The notes below the pieces were generated by a model. That model was not told the DNA's origin. It saw nothing but the letters and a program-made list of their open reading frames with translations, and did no database searches. Below, in pieces: positions 28,443-38,175 of a stretch of DNA of 64,000 bases (the stretch's first letter is position 1; each line of letters opens with the position of its first letter). A program made the translations under genes and the position numbers. Source of the DNA: Candidatus Iainarchaeum sp. (lineage in GTDB: Archaea > Micrarchaeota > Micrarchaeia > Burarchaeales > Fermentimicrarchaeaceae); assembly GCA_028714235.1 (NCBI GenBank), contig JAQTMQ010000001.1:10218-74217 (forward strand), in the 5' to 3' direction.

Positions 28443-29699
28443 ATGACGCGGATGCTGGAGGCGGGGAGGGGCATCGCCACTGGCGAGGTGAAGGCGGTAG
28501 CCAGGGCGGAGAGGGTGCCCGTCGAGTTCGTGCGCAGGGGGGTGGCTGCCGGAAGGATTGTGGTTTTGAGGAAAGGGGAGTCCGTCCTAGGAATTGGGGA
28601 GGGGCTGCGCGCGAAAGTGAACGCGAACATCGGGACTTCGCCGGACTACGACGAGCCGGGAGAGGAGATGGCGAAACTCAGGGCCGCGGTTGGGGCGGGC
28701 GCGGACACGGTGATGGACTTGAGCATCGGCGGCGACCCTTACGCCATGCTCGCGCGCGTGCTCAAGGAGTCGCCCGTGCCCGTCGGAAGCGTGCCTGTTT
28801 ATTCCGCGTTCATCGGCGCGATGAGGGGGAAGAGGAGGCTTTCGGACGTGAGCGGGGACGAGATGCTTGAAAGCGTCGCGCGCCACCTGGAGATGGGCGC
28901 CTCGTTCGTCACCGTGCATGCGGCGATTACGAGGCGCGGCGTGGAGCTTGCGCGCGGGCGCGTCCTGAAAGTGGTGAGCAGGGGGGGCTGCTTCCTTTCC
29001 TCATGGATGATTCAGAACGGCCTGGAAAACCCGCTTTACGAGAATTTCGGCTACATTATTGAGTTGGCGAAGGAGCATGACGCGGCAATCAGCATCGGGG
29101 ACGCGCTGCGCCCGGGCGCGATAAGCGATTCGGGCGACGCGGCGATGCTGCACGAGCTCAAGCTCCAGGGAAGGCTTGCCCGGATAGCGTTTTCGGAGGG
29201 CGTGGGAATCATTTGCGAGGGGCCCGGGCACATGCCCATGGGCGGGATTGCGGAGAACGTGCGGCTGCAGAAGCGGGTGTGCCATGGCGCGCCTTATTAC
29301 GTCCTGGGCCCGCTCGTGACGGACATCGCGGCCGGGCATGACCATGTCGCGGGAGCGATAGGGGGCGCGATTGCGGCGGCGGCCGGCGCGGACTTCTTGT
29401 GCGTCGTCACGCCGAGCGAGCACCTCGCGCTGCCGACAGCGGAGGACGTGGCGGAAGGCGTGGTCGCGAGCAGGATTGCGGCGCATGCGGCGGACATAGC
29501 GAGGAGGGGCAGGTCCGGGCCGGACCTGGAGATGTCCAGGGCGAGGTGGCGCCTGGACTGGGAGAGGCAGCTCCGCCTCGCGCTTGACGGAAGGAGGGCG
29601 GCGGAATACAGGCGGAGGCGCTCGACGGGAAGCCGGGCCTGCTCGATGTGCGGCGAATTCTGCGCGTACGGGATTGCGGGGCGCGCGATGGGGCGCTAG
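28443..29699 (+). CDS. thiC: Phosphomethylpyrimidine synthase ThiC
   Basis: Conserved ThiC core (VNANIGTS, EGPGHMP) and C-terminal CSMCGEFC Fe-S motif. Confidence 0.85.
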   Translation: MTRMLEAGRGIATGEVKAVARAERVPVEFVRRGVAAGRIVVLRKGESVLGIGEGLRAKVNANIGTSPDYDEPGEEMAKLRAAVGAGADTVMDLSIGGDPYAMLARVLKESPVPVGSVPVYSAFIGAMRGKRRLSDVSGDEMLESVARHLEMGASFVTVHAAITRRGVELARGRVLKVVSRGGCFLSSWMIQNGLENPLYENFGYIIELAKEHDAAISIGDALRPGAISDSGDAAMLHELKLQGRLARIAFSEGVGIICEGPGHMPMGGIAENVRLQKRVCHGAPYYVLGPLVTDIAAGHDHVAGAIGGAIAAAAGADFLCVVTPSEHLALPTAEDVAEGVVASRIAAHAADIARRGRSGPDLEMSRARWRLDWERQLRLALDGRRAAEYRRRRSTGSRACSMCGEFCAYGIAGRAMGR

Positions 29700-29743
29700 C
29701 CGCTTCCCGGGCCCCCGAACGTTTCGCGTCGTTATTTTAAGGA

Positions 29744-30679
29744 TTGGGCGCGATAACTGTCGCGATGGGCGACCAGGTAGTAGTTGCGTCCGCGCTTTCG
29801 AAGTCTTTCGGGGACACGCGCGTGCTCAAAGACGTGTCCTTCGACGTGAGGAAAGGCGAGATTCTGGGGCTCTTGGGCCCGAACGGCGCCGGGAAGACGA
29901 CGACCATCAGGATTCTGATGGGGATTTTCGGGCAGGATTCGGGCGACGTCAGGATTTTCGGGGAAATGTTTTCCGAGGCGACGAAGAAGCGCGTCGGCTA
30001 CCTTCCCGAGGAGCGGGGGCTTTACCGCGAGGCGCGCGTGCTTGAGACGCTCGTCTACTTGGCCTCGCTCAAGGGGATGCCGGAGGGCGAGGCCGCGGCG
30101 GAAGGGGGGAGGATGCTTGCCGGGCTCGGGCTCGCCGGATACGAGAAGGCGAAGCTGAGCGCGCTTTCAAAGGGCATGCAGCAGAAGGTGCAGTTCATCG
30201 CGACCGTCCTCCACGGGCCGGAGCTCGTCGTCTTGGACGAGCCGTTCGCGGGCCTCGACCCGGTGAACACCAACCTCGTGAAGAACCTGATTCTAGGCTT
30301 GAAGCAGGGCGGGACCGCGATAATACTGTCCACGCACATGATGGAGCAGGCGGAAAGGATGTGCGACCGCGTGATGATGATTAACAAGGGGGCGCGCGTG
30401 CTTTACGGGTCGGTTCCCGAAGTGAAGGCGAGATACGGGAAGGGAAGCGTGCGCGTCGAATACTCGGGAAAGCTCCCGCGGAAGGTCGCGGGCGTTTCGG
30501 CGATAGACGATTTCGGGGCGTACGCGGAAATGAAGCTTGACAAGGGGGCGAGGCCCGGCGACGTCTTGCGCGCGCTCGTGAAGCCGGGAATCGAGATAAG
30601 CAGGTTTGAGGCGAGCGAGCCCTCGCTCAACGACATTTTCCTCGAGGCGGTCGGCCCGGGAAGCGGGAGCGGTGCCTGA
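29744..30679 (+). CDS. ABC transporter ATP-binding protein (ABC-2 type)
   Basis: Walker A GPNGAGKTT, signature LSKGMQQK, Walker B VVLDEP. Confidence 0.85.
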   Translation: MGAITVAMGDQVVVASALSKSFGDTRVLKDVSFDVRKGEILGLLGPNGAGKTTTIRILMGIFGQDSGDVRIFGEMFSEATKKRVGYLPEERGLYREARVLETLVYLASLKGMPEGEAAAEGGRMLAGLGLAGYEKAKLSALSKGMQQKVQFIATVLHGPELVVLDEPFAGLDPVNTNLVKNLILGLKQGGTAIILSTHMMEQAERMCDRVMMINKGARVLYGSVPEVKARYGKGSVRVEYSGKLPRKVAGVSAIDDFGAYAEMKLDKGARPGDVLRALVKPGIEISRFEASEPSLNDIFLEAVGPGSGSGA

Positions 30680-30680
30680 A

Positions 30681-31886
30681 ATGGCCGACATTTTCAAGGT
30701 CGCGAAGCGGGATTACCTGGAAAACGTGAAGCGGAAAAGCTTCCTTTACGTGGTGTTCGGGCTCCCGCTGCTTATGGGGATAATTTTCGCCGTCCAGGCG
30801 TCCTTCGGCTCGCAGATGACGTCGCTGCAATTCAACACGCCCGTAGGTTTCGTTGACGCGAGCGGCCTTGGATTCCAGGGAAACGGGAATACGACTATAG
30901 GGTATGCGACGGTTGGGGACGCGAAGGCGGCGCTGCTCTCGGAGAAAGTGGGGTCGGTGATGCTGGTCGGCCCCGATTATCTCGCGAACGGGACGGTTAC
31001 GGTGATGGTGAGGGAAGGCGACTTGACGCGCACGCTGAATGACAAGGCGATGCAGGCGTTCCTCGTCGGCGGCCTCGTGAAGGACCTGCCTCCGGACGTG
31101 CGGGCGCGCATCCAAAACCCGCCCGCCATGCGGACAATCGAGCTCGACGCTTCGGGGAACGTCGTGCAAAGCAACTTGATGAAATCAATCATCGCGACGG
31201 GCGTGGGCCTGCTTCTCCTCCTGACGATTTTCATGAGCTCGAGCTTCCTCATGCAGAGCGTCGTAGAGGAGAAGGAGAACCGCGTGATTGAGATACTGCT
31301 TTCATCGATTTCAGCGAGGGACCTGATGGCGGGGAAGATTATCGGCAACGGCGCGCTGTCCCTCACCCAGATAATCGCCTGGCTGCTGATTAGCGTCGCG
31401 GGAATCGCTTATTTCGGGGGGCCGGTGATGTCGCTCGTCGGCACGATAAACCCGCTTGAAATCATTTCGCCCGAAATGCTCGCGGTTTACCTGCTCTACT
31501 TCATCGGCGGGTTCCTGCTTTACTCGAGCCTTCTCGCGTGCATCGGCTCGATTTCGACCTCGATGCGGGAAAGCTCGCAGATTTCCGCAATCGTCGTGCT
31601 CCCGGCTGCCGCCCCGCTGTGGTTCATCACCGTTTTCATGGTGGAGCCAAACGGCCAAATCGCGCAATTCCTGTCCCTGTTCCCGTTCAGCGCGCCGCTT
31701 TCAATGATCATGAGGATGGGGATGACGGCTGTCCCGGCAGCCGAAATCGCCGCGTCGCTCGCGATGCTTTTCCTTACCGTGGTGCTGGCCGTCTGGGTTT
31801 CGGCAAAGCTCTTCCGCGCGACCATCCTCATGTACGGCCAGAGGCCCGGAATCGCGCAAATGATTTCAATCCTGAGGCAGGCGTAG
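30681..31886 (+). CDS. ABC-2 family transporter permease
   Basis: ATG overlapping the ATPase stop; 6 TM helices; large periplasmic loop. Confidence 0.75.
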   Translation: MADIFKVAKRDYLENVKRKSFLYVVFGLPLLMGIIFAVQASFGSQMTSLQFNTPVGFVDASGLGFQGNGNTTIGYATVGDAKAALLSEKVGSVMLVGPDYLANGTVTVMVREGDLTRTLNDKAMQAFLVGGLVKDLPPDVRARIQNPPAMRTIELDASGNVVQSNLMKSIIATGVGLLLLLTIFMSSSFLMQSVVEEKENRVIEILLSSISARDLMAGKIIGNGALSLTQIIAWLLISVAGIAYFGGPVMSLVGTINPLEIISPEMLAVYLLYFIGGFLLYSSLLACIGSISTSMRESSQISAIVVLPAAAPLWFITVFMVEPNGQIAQFLSLFPFSAPLSMIMRMGMTAVPAAEIAASLAMLFLTVVLAVWVSAKLFRATILMYGQRPGIAQMISILRQA

Positions 31887-31969
31887 GGAGGCGCGCCAAT
31901 CTCCAACAGTTTTAAACCTGGCTGTCCAAATCACCACCGAAAACGGGAGCGCGAGCGGGCGGCGTTTTT

Positions 31970-32088
31970 GCGATCGTAGTCTAGCCTGGTAGGACTCTGC
32001 CTTGCCAAGCGCGCTTTTTGCCGCGGCAAAAAGGCGCACGGAAAAACGCAAAAAGGCAGTGGCCCGGGTTCAAATCCCGGCGGTCGCA
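31970..32088 (+). tRNA. tRNA-Gly (anticodon GCC) with ~46-nt intron in anticodon loop
   Basis: Manual fold: acceptor gcgatcg/cggtcgc (one G-U), shared D-arm gtct-agcctggta-ggac, anticodon arm ctgcc-ttGCCa[intron]a-ggcag, T-arm ccggg-ttcaaat-cccgg. Confidence 0.7.
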
Positions 32089-32174
32089 TCGAGCCCGTTC
32101 TCCCGTTGGGGCCCGACGCCTCGGGCCTGCGCGCCATAGCGGGAGCGGGAAGCCGGATTCGCCGGGGTTCCGGT

Positions 32175-32290
32175 GCGGCGGTAGTCTAGCCTGGTAGGAC
32201 TTAGGCCCTCCAAGCCTATAACCCGGGTTCAAACGCCGGTTTGCTTGCGCAAACGCGCATTCAGCCCGGCTGAATATCCCGGCCGCCGCA
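32175..32290 (+). tRNA. tRNA-Gly (anticodon TCC) with ~42-nt non-canonical intron in the T-loop
   Basis: Same D-arm and T-stem as the neighbouring tRNA-Gly; anticodon arm taggc-ccTCCaa-gccta (unusual C33); T-loop ttcaaa[cgccggtttgcttgcgcaaacgcgcattcagcccggctgaata]t then cccgg-ccgccgc-a. Confidence 0.6.
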
Positions 32291-32575
32291 TTCTTTTCCT
32301 GTCCCCGCCGGTTTTTGGCGCAAAATACGGCCTTGGGCACAATGCTTAATAAGCAGCCTGCGTGACGAAAATTATGGCGAAACGAAAGGCGTCAGGCGCG
32401 GCCCGCAAGCCGGGTTCGGCGGCAAAAGCGAAGCCGGGCGAGAAATCGATTTCTGAAATGCTTTGGCTTTGGGTGCTCATGGTTTTCAGCGTGTTCAGGC
32501 CCGAGAAGGCGAAGGCGGCGAAAAGGAAGCGGGCGAAGGCGCGCGGGCGGGCGAGGAAGGGCAAGGCGAAGCCGG

Positions 32576-33682
32576 CTACCGGACAAGCGCAAAGCCCGCG
32601 GCGAACGTATCGCCGAGCCCCACCGTGAATTTCGGCTTTTCCCGGATTGACGGGATGCCTGAAAATTTCGAGTACGCGTGCCTTTCCCCCATGAACCTTT
32701 TTATTGCCGGGATTGCCGCGTCCGTTCCGGTGCGCGCCTTGAACGCGGCGAGCATGTGGCCGAACATTGCCGCCTTCCGCGCGCCTTCCCTCGGGCTGAA
32801 GCCGTAGATGCGGGAGCCCTCTTTTTGGTGCACCACCATCTCGGGCACCTTGGCGGAGAGCTGCGAGATGCGGGCGAGGCCCAGAGCCCGGAGCGATGCG
32901 GACGCCTCGAGCTCGTTCATTCCGAGCGAGTCGACGGCGGGAAGAAGCGTTTCAAGGGTTTTGCGCAGCACGCTCCCGCTTGCGAAGTCGCCCAACTCGA
33001 GGCAAACGCGCAATCCGGGGTTCTCCTTCTTCCAGGCGCGGACGAGCCGCGTTGCTTCCGGGATGCGCCTTCCCGCAAACCCGGGGCTCAGGCCCTGGAA
33101 GCCGCTTACGACGGCGCAGTCGAGGGACGGCGCGAGCCTCACGCTTTGCCGCTTGAACAGGGCCGAGATGGCAAGCGATGAGTGGGCGGGGTCGTGGGAC
33201 GCGATGACGCGGTCCGTTGCCGGGATGGTTTTTCCGAGGATGCGCGCGCCTTTCGCGAATTCGAAGACGAAGTGTTTTGAGGTCAGGGCCGACTTGTTTC
33301 CGCAGGGCGTGATTTTTTCCGTGAAAAGCGAGCATTGCTCAGGGGAGAGGCGGATTGCGTAGGCGGACGCCTCAACTCCGAGCGCGGACGCGGCGTTCGC
33401 CATTATTCCCGCCTGGCCGCCCATCCTCCTGTCGCGCCAGTCGAACGACTTCTCAATCCAGCCGGCGGTGGTTTTTGAGACGCGGAATTCGCGGCTTTCG
33501 CCTTTGAGGATGCTTGAGAGGACGGGCCTGAAGCCGGAAGCCGGGTTTCGCGCGGCGGCCGCGAAAGCCGGGCCGACCCTCGTCACGAAATCCGCGTTTG
33601 AGTTGAAGGCGAAGAGCGCGGACCCTGCAAGGTGGGACAATGAGTAGGACAGGGCTTCCACGTATTCGGCGTGCGCGCTCAT
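32576..33682 (-). CDS. ADP-dependent sugar kinase (ADP-GK/ADP-PFK family)
   Basis: NExE motif (GMNELEAS) and C-terminal GLGDTFAAG ribokinase-like motif. Confidence 0.55.
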   Translation of the reverse strand: MSAHAEYVEALSYSLSHLAGSALFAFNSNADFVTRVGPAFAAAARNPASGFRPVLSSILKGESREFRVSKTTAGWIEKSFDWRDRRMGGQAGIMANAASALGVEASAYAIRLSPEQCSLFTEKITPCGNKSALTSKHFVFEFAKGARILGKTIPATDRVIASHDPAHSSLAISALFKRQSVRLAPSLDCAVVSGFQGLSPGFAGRRIPEATRLVRAWKKENPGLRVCLELGDFASGSVLRKTLETLLPAVDSLGMNELEASASLRALGLARISQLSAKVPEMVVHQKEGSRIYGFSPREGARKAAMFGHMLAAFKARTGTDAAIPAIKRFMGERHAYSKFSGIPSIREKPKFTVGLGDTFAAGFALVR

Positions 33683-34593
33683 GCGCGAGCTTTTGGCTTC
33701 AAGCCCTTAAATTTGTAAGCGAACGCCTTGTATGCGAGGCGCGCGGCGAGGAAGTCGCTTGCGTGGCTGCCCGGGACCGGGGAGAGCTCGACCAGGTCGA
33801 ATCCGACGACGTTTTTTTCCTCGAAGACCGCGCGCAGGAGCTCCAGCGCCTCGTGCCAGCGGAGCCCGCCGGGCTCCGGCGTCCCTGTTGCCGGCGCGTC
33901 GCTCGGGTCGAACGCGTCGATGTCGAACGAGACGTAAACCTGGCCGCTGAGCGCGGAAACCGCCTTCCGGATTGACTCGCCCATCCCGGCCCGCCTTATC
34001 TCGTGCATGAAAACGGTTTTCACTTTCCCTGTTCCTGCGATGAATTCGGCTTCCTCCCGCGAAAGCGAGCGGGTCCCGAACTGGACGACCCTGCTGTGCT
34101 CGGAAAACCGGCGGGCCACGCAGGCGTGGCTGAATTTCGTGCCCTGGAACTCGTCGCGCAGGTCCGCGTGCGCGTCCACGTGCAGTATTGACGTCGCTTC
34201 CCCCGCGCGCTTGGCGTGGGCGTGCGCGGCGCGCGCCGCGCCGATGGAGACGGAGTGGTCGCCGCCGAACACGAGCGGGAATTTCCCGGAGCCGAATATT
34301 TCCGCTGCGGCCTTCTCCACGCGCGCGCAGTTGTCTTCCGGCGATTTCATGGAGGGCTCGAGCTCCGGGAGCGTGAAGATTCCCGCGTCCGCGGGCGTCG
34401 TGCCGAGCTCTTCGTCGTAAAGCTCCATGTTGCGCGACGCCATTATTATGGCGTTCGGGCCGTTGCGCGCGCCTGGGGCGTAGGAGGTCGTGGAGTCGTA
34501 CGGGACGGGCAGCACCACGGCCTTCGAGGTCCCGAAATCGTTTTCCTCGTCTCCGCAAAAGTTGTATGGAGGGAGGCTGTGCAAAAGCTTCAT
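33679..34593 (-). CDS. speB: Agmatinase (arginase/ureohydrolase family)
   Basis: Mn-binding motifs GGDHS, DAHADL, SFDIDAFDP. Confidence 0.85.
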   Translation of the reverse strand: MKLLHSLPPYNFCGDEENDFGTSKAVVLPVPYDSTTSYAPGARNGPNAIIMASRNMELYDEELGTTPADAGIFTLPELEPSMKSPEDNCARVEKAAAEIFGSGKFPLVFGGDHSVSIGAARAAHAHAKRAGEATSILHVDAHADLRDEFQGTKFSHACVARRFSEHSRVVQFGTRSLSREEAEFIAGTGKVKTVFMHEIRRAGMGESIRKAVSALSGQVYVSFDIDAFDPSDAPATGTPEPGGLRWHEALELLRAVFEEKNVVGFDLVELSPVPGSHASDFLAARLAYKAFAYKFKGLKPKARA

Positions 34594-34615
34594 GTAAAAA
34601 CCACCTTCGCTGGGC

Positions 34616-35803
34616 TCAATGCCTTTCGTTTCCGGGATTTAAATCGGCCGCCCCCGCCCGCGCCCGGAACGCGGCCTCCTCGAGCGGAATTTTTTTCCTG
34701 CGCGCGATTTTTTCTATGTCCGCGAATTCCGGCTTGCATTTGCCGCCCCCGCGCTTCATCCTCACGGTCCCGAGCCGGGTTTTGGCTGCGAACGTTTCCC
34801 GGCGCAGCATCCGCTTTTCGACCGGGCTTATCCTCACGCCCCAGGTGGTTGTGAGGGAGAAAATGGCTTCAAGCAGCTTTTCCTTTCCCTCTTCCCCGCA
34901 GAGCGCGCGCAGGATGAACCCGGGCCTCCCCTTCTTCATCGCCGCCGGGACGAGGCAGGCGTCGTCTGCCCCAGCCTTCATGAGCTCGCTTGCCGCGAAG
35001 GCGAGGGATTCGCCCGTCATGTCGTCAATGTTCGCCTCGAGGAGGATTGCCGAGCCCTTGAGCTGCCCTTCCCCTGGCCCGGGCTCGCCGGGCGCCGAGA
35101 GGATTGCGCGCAACAGGTTTTGCGATTGCTTTGGGTTTTCCCTTCCGGTCCCGCAGCCGACCGAGGAAATCTTGGCTTCGCGCCAAGCGCTTGCCTGCGG
35201 GAGGCGGGAGAGGGCGGAAAAAAGCGAGGACGCGGTCGGGGTGCAGAGCTCGCGGCTTTCGCTTGAGAAGACGACCGGGATGCCCGCCCTCTTCAGGACG
35301 TGCAGTGTCGCCTGCCCGGCGCCGCTCCCGACGCCTGCGGGAAGCAGCCTGAATTCCGCGTTCTTGAACGCGTTGATTTTTTCGAGCATCGCGGCGGCAC
35401 AGAAGATGTCAATCGCCGTGTCCGCGCTGGAAAGCTCGTGGAAATGCGCGCCTTTCGGGCCGTGCGCGCTCTTTTCGCCTTCAACGAGGGCGCTTAGCGC
35501 GTTTGCGCAGAACGCGCGCGCCTCCTTTGAGAGCCCGGCCCGTTTCGCCGATGACGCGAGCTTCCTTTCGAGCGCTTTCGGCTGGAATTCCTCGTCCGGG
35601 CCCTTCACGGACATGAGGAGGCAGGTCGCGTGGCCGCGCGCGACTTTCTTGAACGAGACGGTTTGCCTGAACCCGGCTTTCGCCATTCTTTCCTTCAGGT
35701 AGGCCGCGGCCTCCCTTTCTCCTGCGAGGGAGACGAGCGCGGAAACGAGCATGTCCCCGGCCGCGCCGCGCGACGGGTCTATCACGAGCAGGTTTTTCTT
35801 CAT
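34616..35803 (-). CDS. larC: LarC-like nickel insertion protein (DUF111)
   Basis: DUF111 N-terminal signature (LVIDPSRGAAGDM) and 395-aa length. Confidence 0.65.
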   Translation of the reverse strand: MKKNLLVIDPSRGAAGDMLVSALVSLAGEREAAAYLKERMAKAGFRQTVSFKKVARGHATCLLMSVKGPDEEFQPKALERKLASSAKRAGLSKEARAFCANALSALVEGEKSAHGPKGAHFHELSSADTAIDIFCAAAMLEKINAFKNAEFRLLPAGVGSGAGQATLHVLKRAGIPVVFSSESRELCTPTASSLFSALSRLPQASAWREAKISSVGCGTGRENPKQSQNLLRAILSAPGEPGPGEGQLKGSAILLEANIDDMTGESLAFAASELMKAGADDACLVPAAMKKGRPGFILRALCGEEGKEKLLEAIFSLTTTWGVRISPVEKRMLRRETFAAKTRLGTVRMKRGGGKCKPEFADIEKIARRKKIPLEEAAFRARAGAADLNPGNERH

Positions 35804-35835
35804 GCAATAAAAAGTGTCGCACGCATTATTTAAGC

Positions 35836-36630
35836 GTGGCGAAAAACGGGCTTGCGTTGAAGCTTCGCGCGCTTGAGCGGGTCATGCGGGAATGCTCGCC
35901 CGCCGCGGTCGCGTTTTCCGGAGGGGTTGACAGCTCGCTCGTGGCCGCCGCGGCGGCGGGGGCGGGAAAGGGCGCGGTCGCGTTCACGGTTGACGCGGGG
36001 TCGCTGCCGCAAGGCGAGCTTTTGGGCGCGCGAAGAGTCGCGAGAAAGGTCGGCATCCGGCACGTCGTCCTGAAGGCCGCGCGGCTTCCCGCGGGATACT
36101 ACGAAAACCTGGGCGACAGGTGCTATCACTGCAAAAAAACCGTTTTCTCCATGGTTTCGCGCGAGGCGGAAAAACGCGGGCTTGCCTGCGTCGTTGACGG
36201 GTCGAATGCGGACGACCTGGCCGACCACGCGTGGGGGATGAAGGCGGGAAGGGAGCTTGGCGTGCGCTTCCCGCTCGTAGAGGCGGGAATCGGGAAGAGG
36301 GAGGCGCGAAGGCTCGCGAAAATGCTCGGGGTCCCGGCCTGGGACAAGCCCGCCTCCGCGTGCCTCGCCTCAAGGATTGCGGTTGGCGAGAGGATTACCG
36401 GAAAGCGGCTCGCGCGGGTTGACGCCGCCGAAAGGTTTTTGCGGGGGCGCTTCGGCTTGAGGGTCGTGCGCGTGAGGTCGCACGGGGACCTGGCGCGCGT
36501 GCAGGCCGGCAAAGGGGAATTGGGGAGGATTCTCGGGAAAGGGCGGCTTTCCATCGCCGCAAAAAAGCTTAAAGCGCTGGGGTTCAAACATGTGTGCGTT
36601 GACGCGGAAGGGTATGTGCGTGGAAGGTAG
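35836..36630 (+). CDS. larE: LarE-like ATP-dependent sulfur transferase (PP-loop ATPase)
   Basis: PP-loop SGGVDSS, conserved CYHCK cysteine. Confidence 0.75.
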   Translation: MAKNGLALKLRALERVMRECSPAAVAFSGGVDSSLVAAAAAGAGKGAVAFTVDAGSLPQGELLGARRVARKVGIRHVVLKAARLPAGYYENLGDRCYHCKKTVFSMVSREAEKRGLACVVDGSNADDLADHAWGMKAGRELGVRFPLVEAGIGKREARRLAKMLGVPAWDKPASACLASRIAVGERITGKRLARVDAAERFLRGRFGLRVVRVRSHGDLARVQAGKGELGRILGKGRLSIAAKKLKALGFKHVCVDAEGYVRGR

Positions 36631-37303
36631 CTTCTCTTTCAGGAAGGTGGGGGATTTCGCGCGGCTTGACGAGGCGAGGGCCGCGAGGACCGGCGTCCCG
36701 GAGATAATCCTTGCGGAGGGCAAGACGCCCGCACAGGTCGCGCGCATTGCCGAGGCCGCGCGCGGGACCGTGATTGTCAGCAGGTTTTCTCCCGCCCACT
36801 TGAGGGAGGTCAGGAAGGCGTTCCCGAAAGCGGAGGCGAGGATGGACGCGAGGATTATCGTCGTGCGCAAGGGAAAGCGGCCCTTTCTGCGGGACGGCTG
36901 CGCCATAGGCGTGCTGACCGCCGGCACGAGCGACATCCCGGTTGCCGAGGAGGCGGCCGTGGTCGCGGAAGAGATGGGGTGCAAGGTCCTCCGCGCGTTT
37001 GACGTCGGCGTCGCGGGAATCCACCGGCTTTTCCCCGCGCTTCGCGGGATGAGGGGCGCGGGGGCGCGCGCCCTCGTGGTCGCGGCCGGAAGGGAGGGGA
37101 CGCTTCCGGCGATTGTCGCCGGGCTCGTTGACGTGCCCGTAATCGGCCTCCCGACTTCTACCGGGTACGGCTTCGGGGGGAAAGGGGAGGCGGCGCTCAA
37201 GTCGATGCTCCAGAGCTGCTCCTTTTTAACGGTCGTGAACATAGACAACGGCGTGGCGGCCGGGGCGTGCGCCGCGCTGATTGCGAAAGGGGTGGAAAGG
37301 TGA
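36614..37303 (+). CDS. larB: LarB-like pyridinium-3,5-biscarboxylic acid mononucleotide synthase (PurE-like)
   Basis: PurE-fold motif GVLTAGTSDIPVAEEA; position after larE. Confidence 0.7.
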   Translation: MCVEGSFSFRKVGDFARLDEARAARTGVPEIILAEGKTPAQVARIAEAARGTVIVSRFSPAHLREVRKAFPKAEARMDARIIVVRKGKRPFLRDGCAIGVLTAGTSDIPVAEEAAVVAEEMGCKVLRAFDVGVAGIHRLFPALRGMRGAGARALVVAAGREGTLPAIVAGLVDVPVIGLPTSTGYGFGGKGEAALKSMLQSCSFLTVVNIDNGVAAGACAALIAKGVER

Positions 37304-38160
37304 ACTTCAGGGCTTTTGCGCGGCTTACGCGAATCGAGCATGCGCTCATGCTGTGCGTTGCCGTGCTCGCCGGGCAGGTGATGAGCTTGCATGGCTTTCC
37401 CGACCCGGCTTTCGCGCTCCTGAGTTTCATCCCACCGTTCATGATTGAGGTTGCGGCCTTCTCCATCAACGATTATTTTGACGTTGAGGTGGACAGGAGG
37501 AACCGGAGGCTTGACCGCCCCCTTGTTTCTGGCGAGATTGCGAGGAAAGCCGCGCTCTACCTGTCCATGGGGGCGGCGGCAGTGGGAGCGGGCGCGGCGT
37601 GGTTCGTCAACCCGGCGTGCTTCGCAATCGCGCTCGCGTTCGCTGCCGCCTCCTTCCTTTACAGCTTCAGGCTGAAGGACATGGGCCTGGTCGGAAACTC
37701 GTACGTTGCCGGGACGATGGCTGTCCCGTTCGTTTACGGGAACCTTTCTGTCGGCCCCGCGCTCCTTGAATCGGTCGCGCTGCTCGCCATCATCGCGTTC
37801 CTTGCCGGGCTCGCGCGCGAGGTCATGGGCGCGGTGAGGGACGTGGAAGGGGACCGGGAGCGCGCCGGCGCGAAAACGTTTCCCATGCTCGTGGGAAGCG
37901 GGCCTGCGCTCGTTTTCGCGGCAATCCTTTACTTTGTGGCGATTGCGTTGAGCATCGTCCCGTTCCTCGCGATTCCGGGCTACGCCGGCAACCCCGCCTA
38001 CCTCCTGCTCGTGGGCGCGTGCGACGCGATTCTCGCATGGGTTGCGGTGGGGATGCTTTCCGGCTCCCGCGAATTCCTGAAACGCGCGAGATACCTCTCG
38101 CTTTTCGCGATGGCGCTTGGAACCCTCGCGTTTTTGGCCGGAGTTTTCAGGTTTGCGTGA
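37300..38160 (+). CDS. UbiA family prenyltransferase
   Basis: NDYFDVEVDRRN and DVEGDRERAGAKT aspartate-rich motifs; 8-9 TM helices; GTG start overlapping larB stop. Confidence 0.7.
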   Translation: MNFRAFARLTRIEHALMLCVAVLAGQVMSLHGFPDPAFALLSFIPPFMIEVAAFSINDYFDVEVDRRNRRLDRPLVSGEIARKAALYLSMGAAAVGAGAAWFVNPACFAIALAFAAASFLYSFRLKDMGLVGNSYVAGTMAVPFVYGNLSVGPALLESVALLAIIAFLAGLAREVMGAVRDVEGDRERAGAKTFPMLVGSGPALVFAAILYFVAIALSIVPFLAIPGYAGNPAYLLLVGACDAILAWVAVGMLSGSREFLKRARYLSLFAMALGTLAFLAGVFRFA

Positions 38161-38175
38161 AGGCTTGGGGGATGG

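Noticed and set aside
32362-32628. 88-aa K/R-rich ORF with a central hydrophobic helix between tRNA-Gly(TCC) and the ADP-kinase gene
   Set aside because: Could be a real small membrane protein but it overlaps the convergent kinase 3' end and is compositionally low-complexity; left uncalled.
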